Assembly (NCBI GenBank): GCA_036404455.1
Contig: DASWZM010000126.1
Span: forward strand, 1-39,258
Length of the DNA: 39,258 bases
Source of the DNA: Terracidiphilus sp.
GTDB lineage: Bacteria > Acidobacteriota > Terriglobia > Terriglobales > Acidobacteriaceae
Direction: 5' to 3'
Positions 1-8,863 of the stretch are shown piece after piece (position 1 is the stretch's first letter; each line of letters begins with the position of its first letter). The translations under genes and the position numbers were made by a program. The notes under the pieces are model-generated. The model was given only the letters and a program-made list of their open reading frames with translations, ran no database searches and was not told the DNA's origin.

Positions 1-370
1 CGCCGTCTCCAGCGTCGGCCTCATGGTCGGCGGCGTCGGCGTCATGAACATCATGCTCGTCAGCGTCACTGAGCGCACCCGCGAAATCGGCGTCCGCAAG
101 GCCATCGGCGCCACCAAGCGGAACATCCTCACCCAGTTCACCACTGAGGCCGTCACCCTCTGCGCTGTGGGCGGCGTCATCGGCGTCCTTGTCGGCGCCG
201 TCATCACCTGGATCGTCTACTTCCTCCCCATCGGCCTGCCCGCCACCCTCTCCACCCTGTGGGTCCTCACTGGCTTCGGCGTCTCCTGCGCCATCGGCCT
301 CATCTTCGGCATCTACCCCGCCTGGAAAGCCGCCAACCTCGACCCGATCGAGGCGCTGCGGTACGAGTAG
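1..370 (+). CDS. ABC transporter permease, MacB/FtsX family (C-terminal part; 5' end outside window)
   Basis: Motifs [29 protein letters not shown] and [19 protein letters not shown] are typical of the MacB C-terminus; the frame is open upstream of the listed ORF. Confidence 0.93.
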   Translation, partial: AVSSVGLMVGGVGVMNIMLVSVTERTREIGVRKAIGATKRNILTQFTTEAVTLCAVGGVIGVLVGAVITWIVYFLPIGLPATLSTLWVLTGFGVSCAIGLIFGIYPAWKAANLDPIEALRYE

Positions 371-385
371 GATGTGTCCTTACAA

Positions 386-470
386 GGGAAACGGTAGACC
401 GGGGCTTCAGCCCCGGCAACTTAAGGCCAACAGCAAGAGAAGAACGGAGGTCCGGTCCGAGCCGTTTCCC
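386..470. repeat. GTAG-type REP-like palindrome inside a short inverted-repeat-bounded unit
   Basis: GTAG at 394-397 is followed by the hairpin CCGGGGCT-TC-AGCCCCGG (399-416). The unit is bounded by a 9-bp inverted repeat, GGGAAACGG (386-394) / CCGTTTCCC (462-470). Confidence 0.65.
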
Positions 471-539
471 GAATCGATCCTCTGGCTGTCATCCAATATT
501 TGTCATCGCAATCTGCTATCTTCCTTTTGAGCAGCATTC

Positions 540-1361
540 ATGCGCAAAGACACACTTGTGGTAGTCTTGACGGCGGCAGCTTCCGGGCTTTGCTGGTGGC
601 CTGCGCTCATCGAGCCGAGCCTCGATTTCCCCAGATGGCTGCTCTTGGTCCCTGTCGCGCTTTCGACCGGCTTGTCGACGATCCTATCAGGCGGCCGCTG
701 GCTGCGCAGCCTGCTCGTCTCGGTGGCGGCCGCATTTGTCGGCCTGTGCAGCGGTTTCGCCATTTTTCCTCCGAGCGATGGAATTGAATCTTCCTATATT
801 CCAATCATTGTTGCGTTCGCCATGGCAGCAGTGACTCTCGTGTCTCTCCTTACAGCCCTGGCAGGGCGGTTCATCGCTATGTCGAAGGCGAATCCCAGGC
901 ACGCTTTTTGGGCCTTGTTGATTTGCTGCGCGGCGTCGGGGCCGGTAGCTCTCGCGCTCACCCCGCCGCTCGTCGCGCTCCGGGTAGCTCGCAACGATCG
1001 GATCGCGGAAGAAAGGTTTCAAGCGTTGAAACGTGCCGTCGAGCGCACCTGGTCCGCACCGAACGGTCCCGCAAGCGTCTGCAATGGGTTGGCTCTCAGA
1101 CGTAATTACTCCGGCCCCCCGTTCTCTGACCAGAACTGGAGCCGTATCGCTGGCAACTACGTCACCGAGGACGGCTACGTCTTCGGTATCTATTGTCAGG
1201 AGCAAGGCGGGTATGTGATCGACGCTTCCCCGGTGATTGGGGGGAGATATGGCGGAGGAGGCTACGGATCCCGCAAGTTCTGCACTGACGAATCGGGCAA
1301 AATCGGCTGTGGAGTGGAATGGAATCGTTCCCGCAACGCATGCGCCCCATGTCCCAGCTAG
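540..1361 (+). CDS. Hypothetical multi-pass membrane protein with a C-terminal pilin-like (DUF2950-like) domain
   Basis: 273-aa ORF with about 5 hydrophobic segments, then RNDRIAEERFQAL...GYVF...YVIDASP...YG...RKFCTDESGKI, resembling acidobacterial pilin globular domains. Confidence 0.65.
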   Translation: MRKDTLVVVLTAAASGLCWWPALIEPSLDFPRWLLLVPVALSTGLSTILSGGRWLRSLLVSVAAAFVGLCSGFAIFPPSDGIESSYIPIIVAFAMAAVTLVSLLTALAGRFIAMSKANPRHAFWALLICCAASGPVALALTPPLVALRVARNDRIAEERFQALKRAVERTWSAPNGPASVCNGLALRRNYSGPPFSDQNWSRIAGNYVTEDGYVFGIYCQEQGGYVIDASPVIGGRYGGGGYGSRKFCTDESGKIGCGVEWNRSRNACAPCPS

Positions 1362-1425
1362 CCGAATCGACTCCCCAAGACCCCAGCCCGCAAAGAGCCC
1401 GTCCCGCTCGCATTCGCATGCACCC

Positions 1426-1465
1426 GCTGACTCGCTGACTTCCTAACTCGCTGGCTTGCTAAACT
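1426..1465 (+). repeat. Degenerate 8-bp tandem repeat (5 units) upstream of hpnI
   Basis: GCTGACTC GCTGACTT CCTAACTC GCTGGCTT GCTAAACT; the last unit contains a possible extended -10 box (TGcTAAACT). Confidence 0.55.
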
Positions 1466-1475
1466 AGCTCCAACC

Positions 1476-2765
1476 ATGCCTCATGCTTTAGCCCATTCCG
1501 TGGAGATCCTCACCACGGTCCTGACCGTCACCGGCATGGGCTACTTCCTTGCCGCCATCCTTGCCGCCCGCGTTTTTCTCTCCGCCCGCCGCGCCCCGCT
1601 GGCCGCCTATGCCCCCGGCGTCAGCATCCTCAAATCCCTCAAAGGACTCGACCCCGGCATGATCGACGCCTTCCGTAGCCACTGCCGCCAAACCTACGCC
1701 GGCGAGTACGAACTGCTCTTCGGCGTTTCCTCCCTCAACGAACCCGCCGCCGCAGCCGTCGAGCAGCTCAAGCAGGAGTTCCCCGCTCATTCCATTCAGC
1801 TTGTCGAGTGTCCCGCCCGCCTCGGAGCCAACGGCAAGGTCAGCACCTTGGCCCAGCTTGCCATCCACGCCCGCCACGATTTCCTGCTCATCAACGACTC
1901 CGACATCACCGTCTCGCCCCGCTATCTTGAGCGCGTCATGGCCCACTTCGCGCCTACGCCAGCCTTGTATCAGGGCACGACTTCAGTCGTGCCGATAGCG
2001 CAGCAAAGTGAATTGGGGGCTTTAGCCCCTTCGGGCGATTCTTTCGCCGCCCCCAGCAATCCAAAGCCGAAGAGCGAGGTCGCCCTCGTCACCGCCCTCT
2101 ACCGCGGCCGCGCCCACGGGACGCTCCCTTCGCGCCTCGAAGCCCTCGGCATCGCCACCGACTTCCAGGCCGGCGTTCTGCTCTCCAGAATGATTGAAGG
2201 CGGCCTGCACTACGGTCTCGGCTCCACGCTGGCCATAAGCCGCGGCGCCCTCAACAAGATCGGCGGCCTTGAAACCCTCGTCGATCACCTCGCCGACGAC
2301 TATGAACTCGGCGTCCGCGTCTCCCGGGCCGGCTACCGCATCGCCCTCAGCGCCGAAGTCGTCGAGACCAGCGTCCCCGCCTACGGCTGGCGCGGGTTCG
2401 TCGATCACCAGCTCCGCTGGGCCCGAACCGTCCGCGACGCCCGTCCCTGGGGCTATGCCGGCCTCATCTTCACCCACGGCCTCGCCTGGGCCCTGCTCAA
2501 CGTAGTAGCCAGCGGCCTGAGTCCATTGAGTTTATGGCTCCTGGGCCTGAGCTTCTTCCTGCGTCTTACCCTGGCCATGACGGTCGGAGCCGAAGTTCTC
2601 GCCGACCACCAGGTCCTCCCCACTGTCTGGCTCCTGCCCCTGCGCGACCTCGTCGCCATCGGCATCTGGACAGCCGGGTTTGCCGGCAACACCATCGTCT
2701 GGCGCGGCGAGCGCTTTATTCTCAAAGACGGAAAGCTGCAAAAGTTGGGTGAATTGACGGGTTAG
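1476..2765 (+). CDS. hpnI: Hopanoid (bacteriohopanetetrol glucosamine) biosynthesis glycosyltransferase HpnI, ceramide-glucosyltransferase-like
   Basis: N-terminal TM helix, VSILKSLKGLD, GANGKVSTL, INDSD (DxD), LADDYELG, HQLRWART (QxxRW), C-terminal TM helices and IVWRGERF. Confidence 0.88.
   Translation: MPHALAHSVEILTTVLTVTGMGYFLAAILAARVFLSARRAPLAAYAPGVSILKSLKGLDPGMIDAFRSHCRQTYAGEYELLFGVSSLNEPAAAAVEQLKQEFPAHSIQLVECPARLGANGKVSTLAQLAIHARHDFLLINDSDITVSPRYLERVMAHFAPTPALYQGTTSVVPIAQQSELGALAPSGDSFAAPSNPKPKSEVALVTALYRGRAHGTLPSRLEALGIATDFQAGVLLSRMIEGGLHYGLGSTLAISRGALNKIGGLETLVDHLADDYELGVRVSRAGYRIALSAEVVETSVPAYGWRGFVDHQLRWARTVRDARPWGYAGLIFTHGLAWALLNVVASGLSPLSLWLLGLSFFLRLTLAMTVGAEVLADHQVLPTVWLLPLRDLVAIGIWTAGFAGNTIVWRGERFILKDGKLQKLGELTG
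1965..2030 (+). repeat. Double-hairpin REP-like element inserted in frame in hpnI
   Basis: Hairpins GGCACGACT-TC-AGTCGTGCC (1974-1993) and GGGGCT-TT-AGCCCC (2016-2029). Positions 1986-2030 match intergenic 8724-8768 at 35 of 45 nt without gaps. Confidence 0.85.
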
Positions 2766-2868
2766 CTGGGTTTTATACGGAACCGTTTCACACGCCGGGC
2801 GTATGATCCTGTGTGGTCATCCGCGCGGTCGAAAGGTCAGCCCGTGGAATCGCGGAAAGACACCTGTG

Positions 2869-4149
2869 ATGCAAGCGCCCGTTGAATCCGATCGGTTGCA
2901 AAGAACGCCGGAGGGTCCGGGCGGATGCGTCGCCTTGGATACCAAAGCAGACGTTTCCGGTGCTGCGGCCCCAAACCTGATTTCCGGCCTTATTTACGAC
3001 CTGCGGCTTGGAGACGCCTGCTCCGACGGCTTTTACGCCGATGCCGCCCGCTTCTCCGATCGGCTTTTGGCGGAAATCGACTTCCGTGCTGGAACCGCGA
3101 TCCGTGCTTACAGCCACTATGTGCAGACTCAATTGAGAGAACCTCCGCGTAGCCTCGGCGAGTATTCGGTCGAACTGCTCACCCTCGGCCTTGCGCTCTC
3201 GCAGTATGCTGGTGCGGCTGAGAAAACGCCGGGCTGGGTGGTCGAGTTGTCGCAGGAGCTCTTTTGGCTCCGCCGCCGGTCGCCGCGGATAAAGCCGGTG
3301 GCCGACATTTTTCGCGCAGCTCTTACCCGGCTTTTCCTGGTGCCCCGCATCGGTCGCAAGCCAACCGATGGCGGGTGCTCGCTGGACCGGTTGTCCCGCC
3401 TGATCGGCTGGCTCCAGGCCACCGGCGAGTTCGAGCAGGAGGCCATGCGCCTCGACAATTGGCGTAGCTTTCTTGGCACGCTTCCTCACGCGGAGGCCGT
3501 GCACTGGATCGAGACCGCCGCGGATCTCTTCGCTTGGTTCCAGCGCGAGGCAGATCGAACGCTGGGAGCCTACACCCGCGGAGTTACGGGTTTTTTGGCC
3601 GGGGAATACGCCGGCCGCGGCTGCCGCGAAGATCAGATCTTCTGCGGCAGGCAGCCGGTCGAATACCACTTGAGCATGGTCGCCACCGAGATCATGAACC
3701 GGGGACTGCGCGAGCAATTCGAATGCACGCCGCAACGGGTCGTCCTGGTTCCCGCGTGCATGCGCGGCGCAAAGGCCGGCAGTTGCCGGGCGCGTACATC
3801 CGGCTCGGATATCGCCTGCACAGCCTGCGACCCGGCCTGCGCCGTCAACCGCATCACCCGCCGCATGCGCCGCCAGGGAGCGAAGGTCTACCTGATCCCC
3901 CATTCAACGGGATTCAGCCGCTGGCTGGAACGGTGGCAGCGTGCGCCGGAGGCCGGCGTCGTCGCTGTGGCCTGCATGTTGAACATCCTGCCCGGCGGCT
4001 TTGAGATGCGCGCACGCGGAATAGCCTCCCAGTGCGTGCCCCTGGACTATCCAGGCTGCCGGAAACACTGGTCCCGCAAGGGAATCCCCACCAGTCTCAA
4101 TGAAGACCGGCTTGTACAAATCGTGGCCGGAACCGCCGGCCCGAGATAG
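2869..4149 (+). CDS. DUF116-domain protein (Cys-rich C-terminal domain); start uncertain (2803 or 2869)
   Basis: C-terminal pattern VLVPACMR...C...CTACDPACAV...VYLIPHS...VVAVAC...CVPLDYPGC is characteristic of DUF116. Confidence 0.75.
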   Translation: MQAPVESDRLQRTPEGPGGCVALDTKADVSGAAAPNLISGLIYDLRLGDACSDGFYADAARFSDRLLAEIDFRAGTAIRAYSHYVQTQLREPPRSLGEYSVELLTLGLALSQYAGAAEKTPGWVVELSQELFWLRRRSPRIKPVADIFRAALTRLFLVPRIGRKPTDGGCSLDRLSRLIGWLQATGEFEQEAMRLDNWRSFLGTLPHAEAVHWIETAADLFAWFQREADRTLGAYTRGVTGFLAGEYAGRGCREDQIFCGRQPVEYHLSMVATEIMNRGLREQFECTPQRVVLVPACMRGAKAGSCRARTSGSDIACTACDPACAVNRITRRMRRQGAKVYLIPHSTGFSRWLERWQRAPEAGVVAVACMLNILPGGFEMRARGIASQCVPLDYPGCRKHWSRKGIPTSLNEDRLVQIVAGTAGPR

Positions 4150-4183
4150 CGGGCCCGTCTCCATCATGGCGACGTGTTGGTAG

Positions 4184-4468
4184 TTAGCCTGGGAGGCTCT
4201 CTGCAGTGGTTGGATCGATGATGTTCCTCACTTGCAGAACACGATTGGCGGGAAAGCCGCCCTGCCGCGCGTGTTCGCGCACCACTTCTGCGTTCGGGGC
4301 AATGTAGACGCAAAATATCTTGTCGTCGGTTACGTAGCTGTGAAGCCACTGAATCTGCGGCCCGAGATTCCTCAACACGCTACACGATTTCTCCGAAACA
4401 GCCTGCAACTGCTGAGCCGACATCGAGCCGGCTCCCGGAATCTCACGTTCAATCACGAACTTCGGCAT
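4184..4468 (-). CDS. DUF4242 family protein (SCO4226-like, putative nickel-binding)
   Basis: MPKFVIEREIPGAG...IQWLHSYVTDDKIFCVYIAP...HARQGGFPANRV; AGGAGG ribosome-binding site upstream. Confidence 0.88.
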   Translation of the reverse strand: MPKFVIEREIPGAGSMSAQQLQAVSEKSCSVLRNLGPQIQWLHSYVTDDKIFCVYIAPNAEVVREHARQGGFPANRVLQVRNIIDPTTAESLPG

Positions 4469-4679
4469 GCGCGACCTCCTTCAGACGTGGAATTTCTGTA
4501 GTTTATACAAGCCCCGGATGCATTGTGTATAGAATCCGGCCGCGGCGAAGCAGTTTAAAGCAAGTTTGCGAATTCCTCTTGGAGAACTCCCAACCTATGG
4601 CCTTCCTGGAGAATGACCCGCAACCGAACGCCCAGCGCGCTGGCACGGGCACAAGCCACAATGCTATCGTGAATCCCAA

Positions 4680-5792
4680 ATGCCGTTTGTGACGACCACC
4701 GAAACCGGCGTCCCCATTCAGGGCCCCACCGCCACGCTCATCTATGACGATTGGTACCCGGCTCTGCGCACCGATCGACTTCGTCCTGGCAAGCTGACCA
4801 AAGCCATGATGCTGGATATCCCGCTGGTCCTCGGCCGCCGCGCCGATGGCCGCGTCTTTGCCCTCCGCGACAGTTGTCCCCATCGCGGGATCCCGCTGAG
4901 CGTGGGGTGGTTCGACGGCCATCACGTGACCTGCAGGTACCACGGCTGGGAGTTCGAGCCCTGCAGCGGCCAATGCGCGGTCATCCCTTCGCTCTCCAGC
5001 CGCGACCACCTGGACGCCACCCGCATCTTCGCCACAGCCTTCCCCTGCGAGGAACGCGACGGCCACGCCTGGGTCTATATTCCTGGCCCGGGAATCGGAC
5101 GAAAGAGTGAAAGCGCGGAGCGCCGCCGCCCCGTTCCGGAGCTGGCCAAATTCGGCCCACGCTTCCGCACTGCATTCCTCACCGCCGACCTGCCCTGCAA
5201 CGTCGATCACGGCATCATCGGCCTCATGGACCCTGCCCACGGCCCCTTTGTGCACCAGGCCTGGTGGTGGCGCTCGCGCGCGTCCATCCGCCAGAAGACC
5301 AAGCGCTTCGAGCCCATCCCCGAGGGCTTCCGCATGAGCGCCCACGCCCCCAGCGGCAACTCCGCGCCCTACAAGCTCCTCGGCGTCTACGGCCAGCCCA
5401 TTGAAACCACCATCGACTTCGTGCTGCCCAACCGGCGGACTGAGGTCATCCGCTGCGGCGACAAGTGGTTTTCCAGCCTGACCACGGTGACGCCCGTGAC
5501 CGGCTCAACCTGCCGCATCGACGTCGTTGCCGCCTGGAACGTCTTCTACCATGTGCCGCTGGTAACGCCGATCGCGAAGTTCTTCGGCGCAAAGTTCGTC
5601 CGCCAGGACCAGATCACCATGATTCAGCAGGCCGAAGGCCTCCGCCACAACCCCAGCCTGATGCTCATCGACGACGCCGACAAGCCCGCCAAGTGGTACT
5701 TCGCGCTCAAGCAGGCGCGCCTGGAAGCACCCGCCTGCGCCACGCCCAAACACCCCATGGACGGCCCGGTGGAATTGCATTGGCGGAGCTGA
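4680..5792 (+). CDS. Rieske non-heme iron oxygenase alpha subunit (VanA-like)
   Basis: Rieske ligands CPHRG...CRYHGW and mononuclear iron motif MDPAHGPFVH. Confidence 0.9.
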   Translation: MPFVTTTETGVPIQGPTATLIYDDWYPALRTDRLRPGKLTKAMMLDIPLVLGRRADGRVFALRDSCPHRGIPLSVGWFDGHHVTCRYHGWEFEPCSGQCAVIPSLSSRDHLDATRIFATAFPCEERDGHAWVYIPGPGIGRKSESAERRRPVPELAKFGPRFRTAFLTADLPCNVDHGIIGLMDPAHGPFVHQAWWWRSRASIRQKTKRFEPIPEGFRMSAHAPSGNSAPYKLLGVYGQPIETTIDFVLPNRRTEVIRCGDKWFSSLTTVTPVTGSTCRIDVVAAWNVFYHVPLVTPIAKFFGAKFVRQDQITMIQQAEGLRHNPSLMLIDDADKPAKWYFALKQARLEAPACATPKHPMDGPVELHWRS

Positions 5793-5799
5793 AGATGCC

Positions 5800-8277
5800 C
5801 TAATCTCCCGGAACCGCCACCGGATCCTGTTCGCTGATCGCCGCACAATCGATCGACAGGCAAGCACCCAGCTCGTTGAAGTCCTTGTCCCACCGCGGAC
5901 GATTGTCTTTCCCCAGCGCCGTGAGCGCATAGCTCGAGGTGCCCAGAATCTCGTACCAGATGTTCTGCGCCTGCCACAGGTTCAGCTCGAAGGGCAACTC
6001 CACCAGGTTTTGCGCCAAACTCAGTGCCCGGTCCAGCATCTCCATCGACCCTGAGGACATTTGCAGCTCGATCATGGCCCGCTTCATCCGCTGGTCGGAA
6101 ATGTAGGAGAGCGTGGCCGTCTCCAGCGGAACCTGGTCTGCCTTGGACAGCGACAGAAATGACCGCAGCTGAGCCTGGTCGATGGGGTCGGTCTCCAGCG
6201 CGCGGCGCAGTCCCGCGTTGATGGCATATCCCGCCGCCAGAGTCAGCGCCGGCGGCTTGGGCAACCCGGCCTGCGATAGAAAGTGCAACAGGCTGGCGTG
6301 GTCCTCGTAGATCGTGGTCAGCGAGTTCTCGATGTCCCACAGCGTCGAGTTCAGAATCAGCTGCACGATGCGCCGCTGCTCGTCGGTAAACAGCGACGTC
6401 AGCGAATAGTCCACGCGCCCGTATTCCCGGTCCAGCAGGCGAATCACCTCGGGGAAGCGTGCCCGCTGCACGTGTTCCGCGGCCTGTTTGGCGAAGGCTT
6501 CGAACTCGGCATCATCGGCATCGCTGTACGCCTTTACAGCAGCGGTAATGTTCTGGTCGCCGAAGTGCAGCACCGCGAACGAGAAACTCTGCTCCTGGCC
6601 GGTAATGGCGCTGGCGATGTGCGCCCGCCCCAGCGCCAGCCGTCCGCGGCCGGAGGTATAGATGTCATAGGAGATGCGCCGGACGTGGTAACAAAACAGG
6701 TCGGTCTCCTCGGCAAACGACGAGAAGACAGAGCTGATGGCGTAGTGCGCCGCCACCTGTTCCAGGCCCAGCTCCATGGTGGTCACGCACTCCTTGTAAA
6801 TCTGGGCGCCGTCGCCGGCGCTCGCCGCGTTGGAGCGGGCCTCTGCCAGCCGCGCCAGAAACGCGGGCTCCAGCCCTTCGGCCTGCCCGCCAAAAACCTC
6901 CCGCGCCAGTTGCAGCACCCGCGCCGCATACGTAATGATCTGCACCGTCTCGATGCCCGCTATGTCGTCGAAGAACCACCCGCAGCTGGTGTACATCAGC
7001 TGCATGTGGCGCTGCATCTCCATCAGCTCCAGCGCCCGCACCCGCTCCGCTTCTGACAGGATGTGGTTCTCATGCGCGCGGAAGAACCGCTCCGCCGACT
7101 CCGTGCTGCGGTCCAGCACCACTTCGATGTACCTGTCGCGGGCAGCCCACACGTCTTTGAAGAGCTTGCCGCCCTCCTGCTCCGTTAATGGGTCCACGGC
7201 GTCGCGCAGCTCATCCAGCGCCTGGCGCAGCGGCGCTCGCCAGGCCTGGTTGAAGCCCGGCGTGCCCGAGTTGCAGCCGCAGTTCGAGCGCCAGCGCTCC
7301 ACGCCGTGTACGCAACTCCAGGATGTGTTGTCCACGATTTCGCACTCGTATTCCGGCGGAAACTGCTCGAGAAACCTGCCATAGTTGGTCAGCTTCACCG
7401 TCCTGTCTCGTTCCAGCAGCCGCAATGCGTAGGCCAGCGCCATTTCGCCGTGCTTGTGATGGTGGCCGTACGACTCGCCATCGGTGGCCACGTGCGCCAG
7501 TTGCGGCTGTGGGCTGTCTTTGAACCCGCATTTCAGTCGCGCGGCAAGGTTCTCCCCGGAGTTCAGCAGCCCCTCGAACGCAATCGCCCGCGAATCCCGG
7601 TCATTGTAAAAGAACACCGCAATCGACACCCCGGAGTCGAAGCGCACCACGTAGGGGTGCGTGGTGTCCACCGTCACCCCCGGCGTATCCGTCCAGCCCG
7701 CGCCGTCCCTCAGTTGCCGGATGCGCTTGCACTGGTGCGGCGCCAACACCGTGAACTTGATGCCGTGCTGCGCCATCCGTTCCAGCGATTCCGTGTCCGC
7801 CGCCGTCTCCGCCAGCCACATCCCCTCCGGCGCCGTGCCGTAGTGGTGTTCGTAGTCGGCAATCCCCCAGCGGATCTGCGTAATCCGGTCGCGCTCGCTC
7901 GCCAGCGGCATAATGATGTGGTTGTACACCTGCGCCATCGCCGAGCTGTGTCCGCCAAAGCTCCTCCGGCTGCGCCGCTCGCCGTCCAGAATCATGCGGT
8001 AGGTCCGCGGAGCGTTCTCCTTCAGCCAGCTCAGCAGCGTGGGCCCGAAGTCGAAGCTCATGCGCGCGTAGTTGTTCACGATGCGCGTGATCTGGTTCTT
8101 GTTGTTCTGGATGCGCGCCGCGCCGTTGGTCGCGTAGCACTCCGCGCAGACGCGCTCGTTCCAGTCGTGGTAAGGCGCCGCCGTGTCCTGCGTCTCGACC
8201 GTCTCCAGCCACGGATTCTCCCGCGGCGGCTGGTAAAAATGACCATGAATACAGATAAATCGTTTACTTGCGGCCAT
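5800..8277 (-). CDS. Glycoside hydrolase family 57 with DUF3536 domain
   Basis: ICIHGHFYQPPRENPW, GMWLAET, ATDGESYGHH, SWSCVHGVERW and MYTSCGWFFDD. The likely start is MAASKRF at 8277. Confidence 0.9.
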   Translation of the reverse strand: MAASKRFICIHGHFYQPPRENPWLETVETQDTAAPYHDWNERVCAECYATNGAARIQNNKNQITRIVNNYARMSFDFGPTLLSWLKENAPRTYRMILDGERRSRRSFGGHSSAMAQVYNHIIMPLASERDRITQIRWGIADYEHHYGTAPEGMWLAETAADTESLERMAQHGIKFTVLAPHQCKRIRQLRDGAGWTDTPGVTVDTTHPYVVRFDSGVSIAVFFYNDRDSRAIAFEGLLNSGENLAARLKCGFKDSPQPQLAHVATDGESYGHHHKHGEMALAYALRLLERDRTVKLTNYGRFLEQFPPEYECEIVDNTSWSCVHGVERWRSNCGCNSGTPGFNQAWRAPLRQALDELRDAVDPLTEQEGGKLFKDVWAARDRYIEVVLDRSTESAERFFRAHENHILSEAERVRALELMEMQRHMQLMYTSCGWFFDDIAGIETVQIITYAARVLQLAREVFGGQAEGLEPAFLARLAEARSNAASAGDGAQIYKECVTTMELGLEQVAAHYAISSVFSSFAEETDLFCYHVRRISYDIYTSGRGRLALGRAHIASAITGQEQSFSFAVLHFGDQNITAAVKAYSDADDAEFEAFAKQAAEHVQRARFPEVIRLLDREYGRVDYSLTSLFTDEQRRIVQLILNSTLWDIENSLTTIYEDHASLLHFLSQAGLPKPPALTLAAGYAINAGLRRALETDPIDQAQLRSFLSLSKADQVPLETATLSYISDQRMKRAMIELQMSSGSMEMLDRALSLAQNLVELPFELNLWQAQNIWYEILGTSSYALTALGKDNRPRWDKDFNELGACLSIDCAAISEQDPVAVPGD

Positions 8278-8463
8278 GAAGATTCCCACCGAGTGCCGGC
8301 ATCCCGTCGCGATCCCGGCCGTCTTGCCCATATTAGGCTCACCCGCCACGGCTGGCGCAATGGACTTGGCAATAATAAACCGTTTTAGCGTTCGTGGGAC
8401 ACCTGCCTCCCAAAACTGGAACACCACGCCCCAGAGAACCGAATAAGTCTTGACCTGGGTCCG

Positions 8464-8773
8464 CCTTGAAAGGGCGCGGCCTCACAGGCTGCCGAAAAAC
8501 TCGATTCCACCTCCCGATCGTGTCAGTCGTCCGCTGGCGTTGTCGGCCCGCGAAACATGAAACGTGCTTTGTTTATTCTCCCGGTAGGGAGAAGATGAGA
8601 ATAGCCCAGGACGGAGTCCTGGGTTGGCGTGCCCCCATCCACCCCGTCCCGTAGGGCCGGGGCGAATTCTTTGTTTCTTCCTAGGGCACGACCGGGTACC
8701 GTTGCGCCCTTCAAGGTCGGGGTGCCGCGCCGTAAATGCAGCAAAATGAACGTGGGGCTTTAGCCCCTGAGGG
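8464..8773. repeat. Composite cluster of nested REP/MITE-like palindromic elements
   Basis: Near-inverted repeat CCTTGAAAGGGCGC (8464-8477) / GCGCCCTTCAAGG (8704-8716); hairpin CCCAGGAC-GGA-GTCCTGGG (8605-8623); AGGGCACGAC (8683-8692) plus the tail 8724-8768 are homologous to the hpnI insert. Confidence 0.75.
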
Positions 8774-8863
8774 AATGCAAGTTGAATGACAAGGAGTCAT
8801 TTGGAGATTCATTCGAAGAGCACCCGCCCGCCCAAATCGGAAATGCCTCTTTAGACTCCCCGT

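Noticed and set aside
2788-3903. 371-aa minus-strand ORF
   Set aside because: Antisense shadow of the DUF116 gene with no recognisable motifs.
7306-8388. 360-aa plus-strand ORF and other ORFs opposite the GH57 gene
   Set aside because: Antisense shadows typical of high-GC coding DNA.
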